The translations under genes and the position numbers were made by a program. DNA of 63,222 bases, filler included, from Planctomycetota bacterium (GTDB taxonomy: Bacteria; Planctomycetota; Planctomycetia; JALXBF01): NCBI GenBank assembly GCA_026991575.1. It is 8 parts of 8 records of this genome, joined end to end, with 100 filler letters (N's around TTAATTAATTAA, not from the genome) between each part and the next. Parts side by side here need not be neighbours in the genome. Positions count along the whole stretch, not along the records: positions 14,880 to 41,805 come from JALXBF010000019.1; positions 41,906 to 50,047 come from JALXBF010000021.1; 6 more parts are not named here. One strand, written 5' to 3'. The notes below the pieces were generated by a model. It was not told the DNA's origin. It saw nothing but the letters and a program-made list of their open reading frames with translations, and searched no databases. Positions 38,455-48,182 of the stretch are shown one piece after another; the stretch's first letter is position 1; every line of letters begins with the position of its first letter.

Positions 38455-39246
38455 TCAGTGCTTTCGCCGCCGTCGTTTGCGTCTGCGCTTCGCACGTCGA
38501 CGTTCTCTGCGTCTTTGCTGGAGCTTCAGCTCACCGGGGTTTGTGTCCTCTTCCGGCTCGACCACCTCGACCGGCCCCGAACCGGCCCAGTCGGGCCAGT
38601 CTGTGAAGGCTTCATCGATGGGGAGTCTCACGGCGACGTCGTCAGGCTCCAACCATCCTGGTAGTCCGTCGTAGACGATCGATCGCCGTGTTCTGGGATC
38701 GTACACCAGGTACCAGCTACGCTCCTCGGATGACTGGGCGTCGTCCTGCCAGTATTTGCCGTCATCGCCGGTATCATCGCAAGTGGTGGCTTGGGACGAG
38801 TCTTCGGTTGCCAGGTCGACCGGATCGTTGTCCTTGGGCCTACGGGCCCGGGCATCGTCGGCGAGTCGCCGAACCTCGATCCCGTCGGCTGCTTCCTCAA
38901 TCAACTCAAACATGCGTCTGCACAGTGCCTTCGGATCGCTCCAGCCGAGGATGGGGGCGATATACGTGCAGACAAGTTCGATCGATTCGACCAGCTTGCG
39001 GTCGTCGTGGCATGCCGGGCCGGAACCTAGCCAAGGAGCTTCCTCGGAAATCTTCCTGAGTTGGACGGCCCCGATGGCCGTGGTTATCCAATTCAGTACC
39101 ATCCCTAACATTTCCGGGTCGTCAAACACGTCCGGTGCGGCACGGTCAGCCTCCGTAATCAGCACGCCGATGACGTAGGAAAAATACGGACCGTAGAGCC
39201 TCGGAGTGTTGAGGACGTCCAGGTAAGGTGCCGTTCCCTGAGCCAT
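38455..39246 (-). CDS. Hypothetical protein, acidic with Arg-rich C-terminal tail
   Basis: 263-aa ORF, GGAGG before ATG, protein-like composition; no family recognised. Confidence 0.6.
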   Translation of the reverse strand: MAQGTAPYLDVLNTPRLYGPYFSYVIGVLITEADRAAPDVFDDPEMLGMVLNWITTAIGAVQLRKISEEAPWLGSGPACHDDRKLVESIELVCTYIAPILGWSDPKALCRRMFELIEEAADGIEVRRLADDARARRPKDNDPVDLATEDSSQATTCDDTGDDGKYWQDDAQSSEERSWYLVYDPRTRRSIVYDGLPGWLEPDDVAVRLPIDEAFTDWPDWAGSGPVEVVEPEEDTNPGELKLQQRRRERRRAKRRRKRRRRKH

Positions 39247-39994
39247 TGCAAGTCCTCCGTCATGCGAGAGCTATGTTTCCCTGATACCCAGCTTGATCGT
39301 AAGATTGTGCTCCTTCTGCTCCAATCCCAAACCGGGCCACGGTGCGCTTCAGCCTTTGCTGCACACCGGGGCACCCGGGGTGGTAGTTCGGCATCGCGAC
39401 GTGTCATCGGTTGGGGTAGCGCCCGGCTTGATCTTGGCCACAGGCGAAGCAGGGGGCGGACGGATTGGGCACCCTGTGCTTCGAACGGGCCGGCGAGTGC
39501 AAGGCCCGCCCGTTCAAGCCAGCTGTCCGATCTATGAGCCTCCGAGTCCCCGAGACGTGCCGCCGACATGACGAGCGTCTCCAGCGCTCTCTGGCCGGTA
39601 CATGCAGAGAACGATCTGCACAGTGGGCGCAGAAGCTGAAACGCACCCACCCGGGCCAATGCTGCTCCTGCGCCGATGCCCGGCGGAAGGATTCGCACCG
39701 CGGCGTCGGTACAAGACCATGCTCGCACGTAGCCTGCTGCGGCCGGCTCGGTTCGCGTTCAGCGCGGTCTTCTTGCCAGGCAACGGTGGCACCGGGGATA
39801 CACGGCCGCCTGCTTCGACCGGCGAATGGAGGGCTCCACACCGGCGGTCCGCGGGTTGGTTTGCTGTGTGCTACGATTGACCGGCGAGGGGCGGGGGCAC
39901 AAGGTCGGTGCAATCGCCGAGCTGCGTGCCTGGGGCGACGCGCGGTACGGCGCCGCCGGTGGGCAATCATCGGGTGCACGCGTGGAGTGTTCCT

Positions 39995-40414
39995 GTGATC
40001 GACGAGCGGGAATATCGCCGGTGGTACGAGCACGCGGAACGTACGCTGGCTTCCGCTGAGCGGGATCGCATTGCCGGCGATCACAACTGGGCGTGTTTCA
40101 AGGCCGAGCAGGCGGCACAGTTTGCCGTCAAGGGCCTTCTGCGCGCCTTGGGGAAAGAGGCATTCGGTCACTCGCTCCTGTGCCTCCTGGACGCACTGGA
40201 AGGCTGCGGCGTTGCCGTGCCCGCGGAAGTCCGAGCGGCAGCTCGGGCACTCGAGGCCGACTACATTCCCTCGCGCTACCCGGACGTCTACCCGTCGGGC
40301 GCGCCGGGCGACTTCTTCGACGCCGCCCGCGCGGGAGCGGCACTCGAGAACGCCAGGTGCGTGCTCCGCTTTACCAGCCGGTGCTATGAACATGCGCGAA
40401 GTTCTCAAGCGTAG
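39995..40414 (+). CDS. HEPN domain protein
   Basis: W...AE..L.SA......NWACFKAEQAAQFAVK.LL...GHSL..L...YIPSRYPD; overlaps the MNT gene. Confidence 0.9.
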   Translation: MIDEREYRRWYEHAERTLASAERDRIAGDHNWACFKAEQAAQFAVKGLLRALGKEAFGHSLLCLLDALEGCGVAVPAEVRAAARALEADYIPSRYPDVYPSGAPGDFFDAARAGAALENARCVLRFTSRCYEHARSSQA

Positions 40415-40787
40415 AGCGGCTGAGCAAGCTGCCCGCGTTGAGCGGGCTCGAGCGTTCGTCGAAGAGCTGCGGCCTGTGCTCAGTCCCTTATCCGCATGGG
40501 TCTACGGTTCGGTCGCGAGTGGTTCGTTCAAGAACTGGAGTGACACGGACGTGCTCGTGGTCAGTGACCGACTGCCGCCTGATCCGTTACGCCGTGGTGA
40601 GCTGCTCTATGCCCGTGTCTTGTCTGGGATCGAGCCCAAAGGGCTGCGCAGGGACGAATTCACGGGTCTGTTGGCGAAACGTGACGCTCAGCTCCTGGGC
40701 ATGCTTCGCCATCGTCTACCGCTGATCGACGAACTCGGCCTCGAACCGTTGCTGGCTGCGTCCGAGAACGCGTCGCGGCGGGCATGA
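40386..40787 (+). CDS. Minimal nucleotidyltransferase (MNT), partner of HEPN
   Basis: YGSVASG.F..WSDTDVLVV (GS-x10-DxD). Confidence 0.9.
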   Translation: MNMREVLKRRAAEQAARVERARAFVEELRPVLSPLSAWVYGSVASGSFKNWSDTDVLVVSDRLPPDPLRRGELLYARVLSGIEPKGLRRDEFTGLLAKRDAQLLGMLRHRLPLIDELGLEPLLAASENASRRA

Positions 40788-41024
40788 AAGCACCGGGCCT
40801 CAGTGTGGTAATCCCCTCACCAGCTGGTCCCGCGGCCGGTGGACCAGCCGGGTCGTTGTCGCGGCAAACGGATGCATTCCGCACGGATCGACGACGTGTT
40901 CAGCCAGGCGCCTTAGGGATAGCCCGTCACGTACGCCTGGCCACCGAGGCGTCTTGTCGAGGCTACTGGTCGGACCTTCCGTCCGTCGAATCGCCGGGTC
41001 GAAGCAGGAGGGTGGCAGCACTCC

Positions 41025-41150
41025 GTGAAGTCCTACACCGAGTACCTGACTTTGAATGTTGCCGATCGAGTCGAGTACATCACCATCGCGCCGCAGGTGG
41101 AAGAGGCCGTACGCAAGAGCGGAGTTCGCGGAGGCGTAAGCATCTGCTCC
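41025..41150 (+). pseudogene. YjbQ/UPF0047 family N-terminal fragment
   Basis: MKSYTEYLTLN...EYITI.PQVEEAVRKSGVRGG matches the YjbQ start; similarity is lost before the HTTA-type motif. Confidence 0.65.
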
Positions 41151-41373
41151 GCCGTCGAGTGTGCACCAGCTGTGGCATGGGGGGAGATCGGTGCCGGAGC
41201 CTCTGCCCGGGCGACTCCGCCGCCGCACCGATAGAGAGGCTTCAGCTGAAGCGAACACGTGCTCTCGGCCAGTCGCAACGACCCAGCGCACGTGGCACTG
41301 GCCTGACCCGCCCACCGCCCGCAGGGTAGGCTAATGGGACCGTTGTGAAACGGCCGTACCCGACCGGATCGGA

Positions 41374-41805
41374 TTAGCGTCTAGCACGCACTGGGACCAT
41401 CTGACGATCGATCGCTTCCCACGCGCGGCGCAGGCGGGCGACCACGTCTGGATGGTCCGTGGCCAGATTGCGGGTTTCCCCGATGTCGCGTGCAAGGTCG
41501 TACAGTTCCCACGGGCCCGGTCTGTTGCCGCGGGAGTGGCGCACAAGCTTCCAGTTCCCGACCCGCACCGCCGCCCTGCGCCGGTAACGCCAGTAGAGAA
41601 CCTCATGGGGCCGACCGGATCGGCGGCCTAGCAGATAGGGCAGTAGGTCGACGCCGTCGAGCTGGTGTCCGTTGAGGGGACGGCCAACCGCTGCTGCGAC
41701 AGTGGCAAACACATCGAGCGAGATCACCGGGTTGCGGTACACGCTGCCGGCCGGGATGACCCCGGGCCACTGGGCGAGCATCGGAACCCGGATGCCGCCC
41801 TCATA
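41374..41805 (-). CDS. Sulfatase, C-terminal part
   Basis: YEGGIRVPM..QWPGVI, LDVFAT, DGVDLLP, AVR.G.WKL, ELYDLARDIGE..NLA. Confidence 0.9.
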   Translation of the reverse strand, partial: YEGGIRVPMLAQWPGVIPAGSVYRNPVISLDVFATVAAAVGRPLNGHQLDGVDLLPYLLGRRSGRPHEVLYWRYRRRAAVRVGNWKLVRHSRGNRPGPWELYDLARDIGETRNLATDHPDVVARLRRAWEAIDRQMVPVRARR

Positions 41806-41905
41806 NNNNNNNNNNNNNNNNNNNNNNNNNNNNNNNNNNNNNNNNNNNNTTAATTAATTAANNNNNNNNNNNNNNNNNNNNNNNNNNNNNNNNNNNNNNN
41901 NNNNN

Positions 41906-42905
41906 GCAGCCACCAGAACGGAGGCTCTCGCCTGGCTGCCAGAAGCAGCCAGGCCAGCGGCCAGAGGGCTAGCCGCACCATGGCGGCCACCAGAGCAGCG
42001 CCACGGCGGACCTGCGCGCGGTGCCACCAGGGTAGGTGTGCTGGGGGCCAGGACCGCAGCTTCTCGACCTCCAGCACAGGAACATGAGAGCATAGCTTGG
42101 GGGATGGCGGTGCTTCGCGTGCCGGCACAACTTGCACGGGGCCGTCCAGGACTTCGTCAATATATTCCAGCTCCAGCTCGGCACACACCCGTGCTAGGGC
42201 CGACGACAACCGGGGCCATTCTTTGACGTCACGGCAGAAGCAGTGGAAGCAGCTGTCAGTCTGGACAACGAATACAGGGCCGAGCAAACCACTTGCTTCT
42301 GCCGAGGCCAGGGCCTTACTCAACAATCTGTTCGGCTCAATGTACCCGTCTTCCTTAGCCTCGTGGAGCTGCAGCATCTGCTCGTACCACCAAAGTCGGA
42401 ATTCCCTGGCGTTGGGCAGAGCCGTGACTCCGAAGGCGACAGTCCCATAGGCATCAGCGGCGTGCAGTTCCGTCAACTCCGCGGCCACGTACCACGAGAC
42501 GCTGTACGGATGAATGTTCTGCATAGACGCAAAGACTGTGCTCGCCAAGTCAGACCACACGTAGAAAACCGAGCCGATCCCGCGCAGCCATTTGTACACC
42601 AAGAGCTGCATCCATGAAGGCCCACGAGGCAACGGACGACCGGGAATGAAGGCGAGGACCATACCCTGCCAAGCGTGACGTTCAATCAGGGCTTCGGCCA
42701 CTGCTTCCACGACATCATCAGGCCAAGGGTAGACCAAGGACCTGCTACAAGGTTCACGGTCCACGGCACGCCCCTTCTCTCCTTGGAGCAGGCCTTCGTC
42801 TCGGTAGCCGGCAACTGGTCCTGTCTGGGCCCCAGGGCCAGATCCATAGCGGCCAAGGGTCACAGCTACGGTCAGCCTGCCGACCCACGGGAGCGTGCGC
42901 ACCAT
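41906..42905 (-). CDS. Hypothetical protein, putative immunity gene for the upstream orphan tip; 3' end cut
   Basis: ATG at 42905 with GGAGGA, just after the orphan tip stop; immunity role inferred from position only. Confidence 0.5.
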
Positions 42906-42942
42906 GCATTCCTCCGTCGGACTGTGCCACGCGCGGGACCTG

Positions 42943-43167
42943 CTATCGTCCGAACCAGCCACATACTTTGTCAAAGGCCCACGCGCCGATATCGTATAGC
43001 TTGCCGCCAAGCTCCTCGCCGACCACGGATCCAAGGTATCCCCCGCCGAACATGCCGGCGACCAGCGTACAGCCCGCGGCAACCGGGGCTGTCAGGAGCT
43101 CACCGGTAATGAGGGCCACCACCGCCACGGACTCTCCCGGCGGAGCCCAGAAAGCGCCGCCAGCCCC
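42943..43167 (-). pseudogene. Orphan toxin-tip fragment (Gly-zipper-like) paralogous to the end of Rhs copy 1
   Basis: GESVAVVALITGELLTAPVAAGCTLVAGMFGGGYLGSVVGEELG versus GTSLAVLLITTGCVTAPVAA; CCCGCGGCAACCGGGGCTGTCA is identical at 9745-9766 and 43073-43094. Confidence 0.7.
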
Positions 43168-43476
43168 TCATGAAGCGGCTTCGGCGCCGTGACTCGCCGG
43201 GCGCGCCACCGGCTGCAAACTGGTCTCGCGGCTCCTGCTCATGGCCGACAGTGATACTGCGCCGCGCCGCTGAGGTGGCCGGCACCCGTGGTGCTACTTC
43301 GGACGCCGCCGTGCGACAGCGCCTCGTGCGAAGGTGGACCGAGCGCTTGTCCACTACGCCATCTGTCGGCCCCCGCTTGTCTCCCGCGCTATCCGCCTGC
43401 TTCAGCAAGCCGCCACGACGTGGGCCGGCGTCACCGCCAGCATCGTCAACCTAGGCACGGGTGCGTCGACGCCTGA

Positions 43477-44874
43477 CTATTCCCGGGACCTTTCCTGCTG
43501 CTTCAAAATCACACGAAGCTCCAATTCCGCTGGTTCAGTGCGTATCTTGAACCCCTCGTCGTCCGGAACGATACGGGCCGTCAGGCCAAGCGAGCGTAGC
43601 TCGGTAAGCGACTTCGACTCCTTCTCAAGAAGGTGCTCCACGGCCGCTCGCAACAGCACGGGATACCCTTGGGTGACGATGATACAGGCCGCTGGTAGGT
43701 ACGCGTCGAGTCTCGGATCCAGCCGCGCTACCAGCAATGCCAAGGGCCGACCGCTCTTCTTCTTTGCCAGTCCTGGATCCCAGTTCAGTCGCCGGCAGAT
43801 GCGGTAGATCAGTGAACGGGCGGGGTAGAACGCGTACATGTGGTTCCGAAGCCAGTCTCGGTTACGCAACTCCGGGAAGAACGGTAGCAACTCGCCCCTC
43901 CAGTCTTCGATCACGTGCATCGCAGTGCGGAATTGCAGTTCCTGCCACTCTGCGGGTCGCCCACTACGGACGATGGCCTCGAGATCTTTCACCCACTGCT
44001 TTTGCGCGCTGATCAATTGGGATTCCGGGGTTTCCCGAAACGCGAGCACTTTCTTTGTCAGTTGCACCGCCCGTTCTTGCACAAGCCCCGCCTCCCGAGC
44101 CTCCTCTAGCCATTCCAAGCACAGTTCCTCGAGCTCGTGAAGGTCAGATTGTGCCTGCTGAGCCTCATGATGCAGGACGCGGACGACGTCCGGCGGCGAA
44201 GGAAGTTTCGTCAGGACCTTCTCGAGGAGAGCAAGCTCCTCCTCGGTCATGTCTGGAAGCCAACGGGCTAGAAGCTCAGCTCCGTCTTTGTGTGCCAAGG
44301 CACAGGAAACGAGCGAGGACGTGCCGAATTTGTCCCCACCCCACCGGCTGAAGGCAAGCACTGCGCCGACCATACGTATGGCGTCAACACGACTACCCCG
44401 GAGAAACCGTGCTCGTGCCTCCAGCCAGGCCACGTTAGCTGCAGCTTCAATCCGGCGCCCCGCTTCTGAATCCGCAAGCCTGGGGAGCGCCTGCCGAACA
44501 TTTGTGGCTGGCTCCTCACTAGGGTCCTTGGACTTCGGAGAGTCGGGTCGCTCAATTAGGTCAATGACGGCCCTGAAGCGAAGCCGCAGACAGCGTGCCG
44601 CTTGCGAGTCAGGAGCCATCTGCTCCCACTTCTCCAGTGTTTCGAGTAGCCGACGATCGATTGGGCCTACGAGCAGAATCGCCTTGGCATAGGACTCGTC
44701 AGGTGCTGTAGCTGGTGCCCGTTGTCCATGGGGGGGACGTACGGACTGGTCAACTGCTGTACCGCCGAGTCCTGGATCCTCTAGGCAGACCTTGCACACC
44801 CACACAGCAAACGCAACGAGAGCGTGGGCTCGCGACAACCGCTGAGCAAGCCGGAGAGCGTTTTGTGCATTCAT
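43477..44874 (-). CDS. Putative immunity/partner protein of Rhs copy 2
   Basis: ATG overlaps the rhs stop (ATGA, 44871-44874); N-terminal hydrophobic segment, helical body. Confidence 0.65.
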   Translation of the reverse strand: MNAQNALRLAQRLSRAHALVAFAVWVCKVCLEDPGLGGTAVDQSVRPPHGQRAPATAPDESYAKAILLVGPIDRRLLETLEKWEQMAPDSQAARCLRLRFRAVIDLIERPDSPKSKDPSEEPATNVRQALPRLADSEAGRRIEAAANVAWLEARARFLRGSRVDAIRMVGAVLAFSRWGGDKFGTSSLVSCALAHKDGAELLARWLPDMTEEELALLEKVLTKLPSPPDVVRVLHHEAQQAQSDLHELEELCLEWLEEAREAGLVQERAVQLTKKVLAFRETPESQLISAQKQWVKDLEAIVRSGRPAEWQELQFRTAMHVIEDWRGELLPFFPELRNRDWLRNHMYAFYPARSLIYRICRRLNWDPGLAKKKSGRPLALLVARLDPRLDAYLPAACIIVTQGYPVLLRAAVEHLLEKESKSLTELRSLGLTARIVPDDEGFKIRTEPAELELRVILKQQERSRE

Positions 44875-47800
44875 TGGCGGTGTGCCTTCTTCTCGCACCT
44901 CCGGTCGCATTCGATAACCTCGTCTTCCGTCAGCGTCTCGAACTTTGGCAGAACCCTGCGGCACGGAGGAGATCCCTTCAGGCGGCAACAGAGCTTACAA
45001 CTCTTCCTGTTTGACGTGTTCAGGTAGCAGTCGCGTCCGGCGAAGCAGTCCCAAATTCGGTCGAGCGCGGGGCCAAATACTGCGGTGCTAATCACCTTGA
45101 TCCCGGCCACGCCGCAATCCTTCAGGAACTCCAGGCGGTCGATCGACTCGATTGCCTCCTTTAGGATTTTGCAAAACGAAACTCGGAGCCCGGCTAGATC
45201 CTCCCATTTTCCACCTATGCCGAAACGCGATCCGCCACGAAGGCGCTTCTGGAGGTTGCACAGGGTGGTGAGACAGGCCTTCAGCTTATCCGCCGACAGG
45301 CTAGAGAGGTCCTCCTTGAAGCATCCCCACGCTGTTAGTATCTGAAGAAGCTTGGTGCCTCCCGGGATCTTGTTCAGTACCTGTTCGAGACCAGCAGCGA
45401 TTAGGTGAGACAGGCACTTACGTAGGTCTTCCTCCGTCAGACGGTGAGGGTATTTCGGCCGCGTGGGATCGAAGGATGGGTCGCCAGATGCCTGTGACTG
45501 GCCTGCTTGCTGGCGCGCAGAGGACCCCGGAGCGGGTGGCGTCGAGGACGATGAGGTGGCCTCACAGGGTGATCCTGGCCAAAGGCCCAGGCGGTCTGTG
45601 TTGATTGTGGGGGCGTTGTCGACGTAGAGGTAGGCAATACCGGGCTTTCTTCCAACGGTGTTCCCGATCGGGTCGGGACTCACGAATCGGCCGACGTTTG
45701 CATCGTACGCGCGAGCACGAAGGTACCAGAGGGTTCCAGCAGCGACCGATGGACGCGATGTGTAGCCGAACCCTGAGAGAGCTGTGTTCCCCAGTGGTCT
45801 CCCGTAGGCATCATATGCGTAGGAGGCTGTGGAATTCCCGTCGGCCGAAATCCATTCTCGGACGGATCCCAGTAGGTCCGCCAGTGCGAGGTCGACAGCG
45901 GTCACGTCGCTGGCACGTGCCAACAACATGTCGACTCCGTCCCCATATAAGCGCCGTTCCGACAGCTGGAGGCTCACGCCGTCGGATAGGTCGGGGTCGG
46001 TAAAGTCTGCCAGCGGGTTGGCGGCGAAAATCGCGCTTCCGTAGACATCGTCGACATACGGGAAGAGCGCGCCTCGCGCAATCTGCTCGGCCGTTGGGGG
46101 CTGGGCCAGGTCATGGAGCACAAACGTGAACCGCTCCGGCTCTGGGCCAGCCGGGCCGTCGGGGTCCTCGTAGAACGCAATCCGGCGGTTGAACGCGTCG
46201 TAGACGTACGTCTCACTCCACAGCACATTGCCCTGGTCATCCTTGTGCACCACCGCCGTCAGCCGGTTGCGGTAGTCCCACGTGTACTCCGTCACCTCAC
46301 CGGTCACCGTGTTCGTCTTGCGAATCAGGTTGCCTTCGTTGTCGTACTCGTAGTCATTGGTTCCATCCGAGAGCAACCGGTTGTCCGCTCCGGTCACATA
46401 ACCGGTCCCGTCCAGGTGAGACTCCGTTCGATTGCCATTGGGCGTGTAGCGGTAGTACTCGATCAGATTCCCCTGGCCATCCCACACGTCCGTCAACTGA
46501 CCCTGCGGGTCGTACGCATACGTGCGCGTCCCTTCCGGACCGCTGTAGCCCACAATCTGACCGGCCGCGTCCCACGTGTAGGCGAAGTCCGCCAGCGGCG
46601 TCGCATTGCCCTGCGAATCCACGTAGTCGTGGTCAATGGGCGTCAGCCGCGAGGCGGCATCATAGCTGTAGTTGGTGACGATCTGTGGATCCTGACCCCA
46701 GCCACCACCGGAGCCGGGCTCAAAGCGGACCATCCGCACCAGCCGACTGGCCGCATCGTAGGCGAACTGCGCGGTGGCCTTCGGCGTGCCGCTGACCACC
46801 AACTCCGCCTGCGTCATCCGCGACAGGCTGTCATACTGGTACCGCCACTCGGTGCCGTAGTTGTCGGTGAGGCGGATGCGGTTGCCGGCATCGTCGTAGG
46901 TGTTGGTGAGCTGGATGACCGGGTAGATGGAGGGGCTACCGGTGTTATCCAGACTGACGATGCGGCCCGCGTCGTCGTAGGCAAGCGTGTAGGTCTGGTT
47001 CGGGTCGGAGACACCGATCAACTGGTTGGCGGCGTCCCAGGTGTAGTTGATCTGGAAGATGACCTGGCCCTGGCCATCGACCCACTTCTCTGCGGTGCGG
47101 CGGCCGTCGAGGTCGTAATCGAACTCACGCCGCCGCCCGTTGCGGTCGACGACGGCCGTCAGTTGACCGGCGGCATCGTGCTCGAAGAAGCGGCTCAGCC
47201 CCAGCGCGTTGATCTCTTCGATGACCCGATCCACGGCATCCAACCGCCACTGGGTCGTGTTCCCATCGGCATCGGTCAGCGAGATGAGATTGCCTTCCTC
47301 ATCATAGCCAAAAGTGATCTCCGGGTTGTTGTTCGGGTCGCTGTCGCCATCGGGCGGGATGATGGCCGTGCGCCAGTCGCGGGCGTTGTAGCGGTAGCGC
47401 GTCGTGTGGCCCAGGGGGTCAGTGACCGCGGCGACCATGCCGGTGAGGGTGTAGGCGATCGTGGTCTGATTGCCCAGCAGATCTCGGGTGGCGATCACTC
47501 GGTTGCGTGCATCGTAGTCCCATTCGGAGCGGTTTCCTAGCGGATCGACCGCCGCGATCCGGTTGCCCACCAAGTCATACTCCCACTTCCAGCGATTGCC
47601 TTCCGCGTCGACCAGCTCGATGAGTCGGTCGAGGTTGTCGTACTGATAGTCGGTCTGGCTGGTTTCCAGGCCTGCCAGGGGGTCGGTGCGCCGGACGAGC
47701 CGATCGACGGCATCCCAGCTGAAGGTAGTCTTGGCGCCGGTTGGATCGGTGATGGCGATGACCCGGCCGCGTGCGTCGCGTTCGTAGCTGGTGGTGCGGC

Positions 47801-48080
47801 CCAGCGGGTCGGTGACCGACAGGAGCCGCTGCTCGGCGTCGTAGCTGTAGCTGGTGACAAAGCCCATTGGGGTGGTCACGCTGACCAGCGTTCCGAGGGC
47901 ATCGTAGCCGTAGGTGGTCTGGCGGCCCAGGGGATCGATGGTTGCGATGACTTCGTCGGCTGCGTTGTAGAGCGTCTGCCAGACGGGGTTGTTCGTCGGG
48001 TCGGTGTCGTCATCGGGATCGATCACCTTCACCGGCCGGTGCAGCACGTAGTACTCATAGCGCACCGTGTCGCCGGTGGT
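44871..48080 (-). CDS. Rhs toxin copy 2, N-terminally truncated (orphan) with Cys-rich tip
   Basis: YD repeats begin near 48080 with no native start; RAYDANVGRFVSPDPIG...YVDNAPTINTDRLGL; about 1.2 kb near-identical to copy 1. Confidence 0.88.
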   Translation of the reverse strand, partial: TTGDTVRYEYYVLHRPVKVIDPDDDTDPTNNPVWQTLYNAADEVIATIDPLGRQTTYGYDALGTLVSVTTPMGFVTSYSYDAEQRLLSVTDPLGRTTSYERDARGRVIAITDPTGAKTTFSWDAVDRLVRRTDPLAGLETSQTDYQYDNLDRLIELVDAEGNRWKWEYDLVGNRIAAVDPLGNRSEWDYDARNRVIATRDLLGNQTTIAYTLTGMVAAVTDPLGHTTRYRYNARDWRTAIIPPDGDSDPNNNPEITFGYDEEGNLISLTDADGNTTQWRLDAVDRVIEEINALGLSRFFEHDAAGQLTAVVDRNGRRREFDYDLDGRRTAEKWVDGQGQVIFQINYTWDAANQLIGVSDPNQTYTLAYDDAGRIVSLDNTGSPSIYPVIQLTNTYDDAGNRIRLTDNYGTEWRYQYDSLSRMTQAELVVSGTPKATAQFAYDAASRLVRMVRFEPGSGGGWGQDPQIVTNYSYDAASRLTPIDHDYVDSQGNATPLADFAYTWDAAGQIVGYSGPEGTRTYAYDPQGQLTDVWDGQGNLIEYYRYTPNGNRTESHLDGTGYVTGADNRLLSDGTNDYEYDNEGNLIRKTNTVTGEVTEYTWDYRNRLTAVVHKDDQGNVLWSETYVYDAFNRRIAFYEDPDGPAGPEPERFTFVLHDLAQPPTAEQIARGALFPYVDDVYGSAIFAANPLADFTDPDLSDGVSLQLSERRLYGDGVDMLLARASDVTAVDLALADLLGSVREWISADGNSTASYAYDAYGRPLGNTALSGFGYTSRPSVAAGTLWYLRARAYDANVGRFVSPDPIGNTVGRKPGIAYLYVDNAPTINTDRLGLWPGSPCEATSSSSTPPAPGSSARQQAGQSQASGDPSFDPTRPKYPHRLTEEDLRKCLSHLIAAGLEQVLNKIPGGTKLLQILTAWGCFKEDLSSLSADKLKACLTTLCNLQKRLRGGSRFGIGGKWEDLAGLRVSFCKILKEAIESIDRLEFLKDCGVAGIKVISTAVFGPALDRIWDCFAGRDCYLNTSNRKSCKLCCRLKGSPPCRRVLPKFETLTEDEVIECDRRCEKKAHRQ

Positions 48081-48182
48081 AACTGCGTGGCTGCTTGGGG
48101 GGCAAACAGCAGCACCCTGGCGAGGGGATGGCCGAATGAGCCCGGGAGCTTGGTTCAATGGGTGGCAGGGGGGCTTTATGCC

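Noticed and set aside
14880..41805. CRISPR array belonging to the I-B operon
   Set aside because: No run of ~30-37-nt repeats at regular spacing found by eye; GAAAC-like words near 22700, 22785 and 22935 lack shared upstream sequence and periodicity
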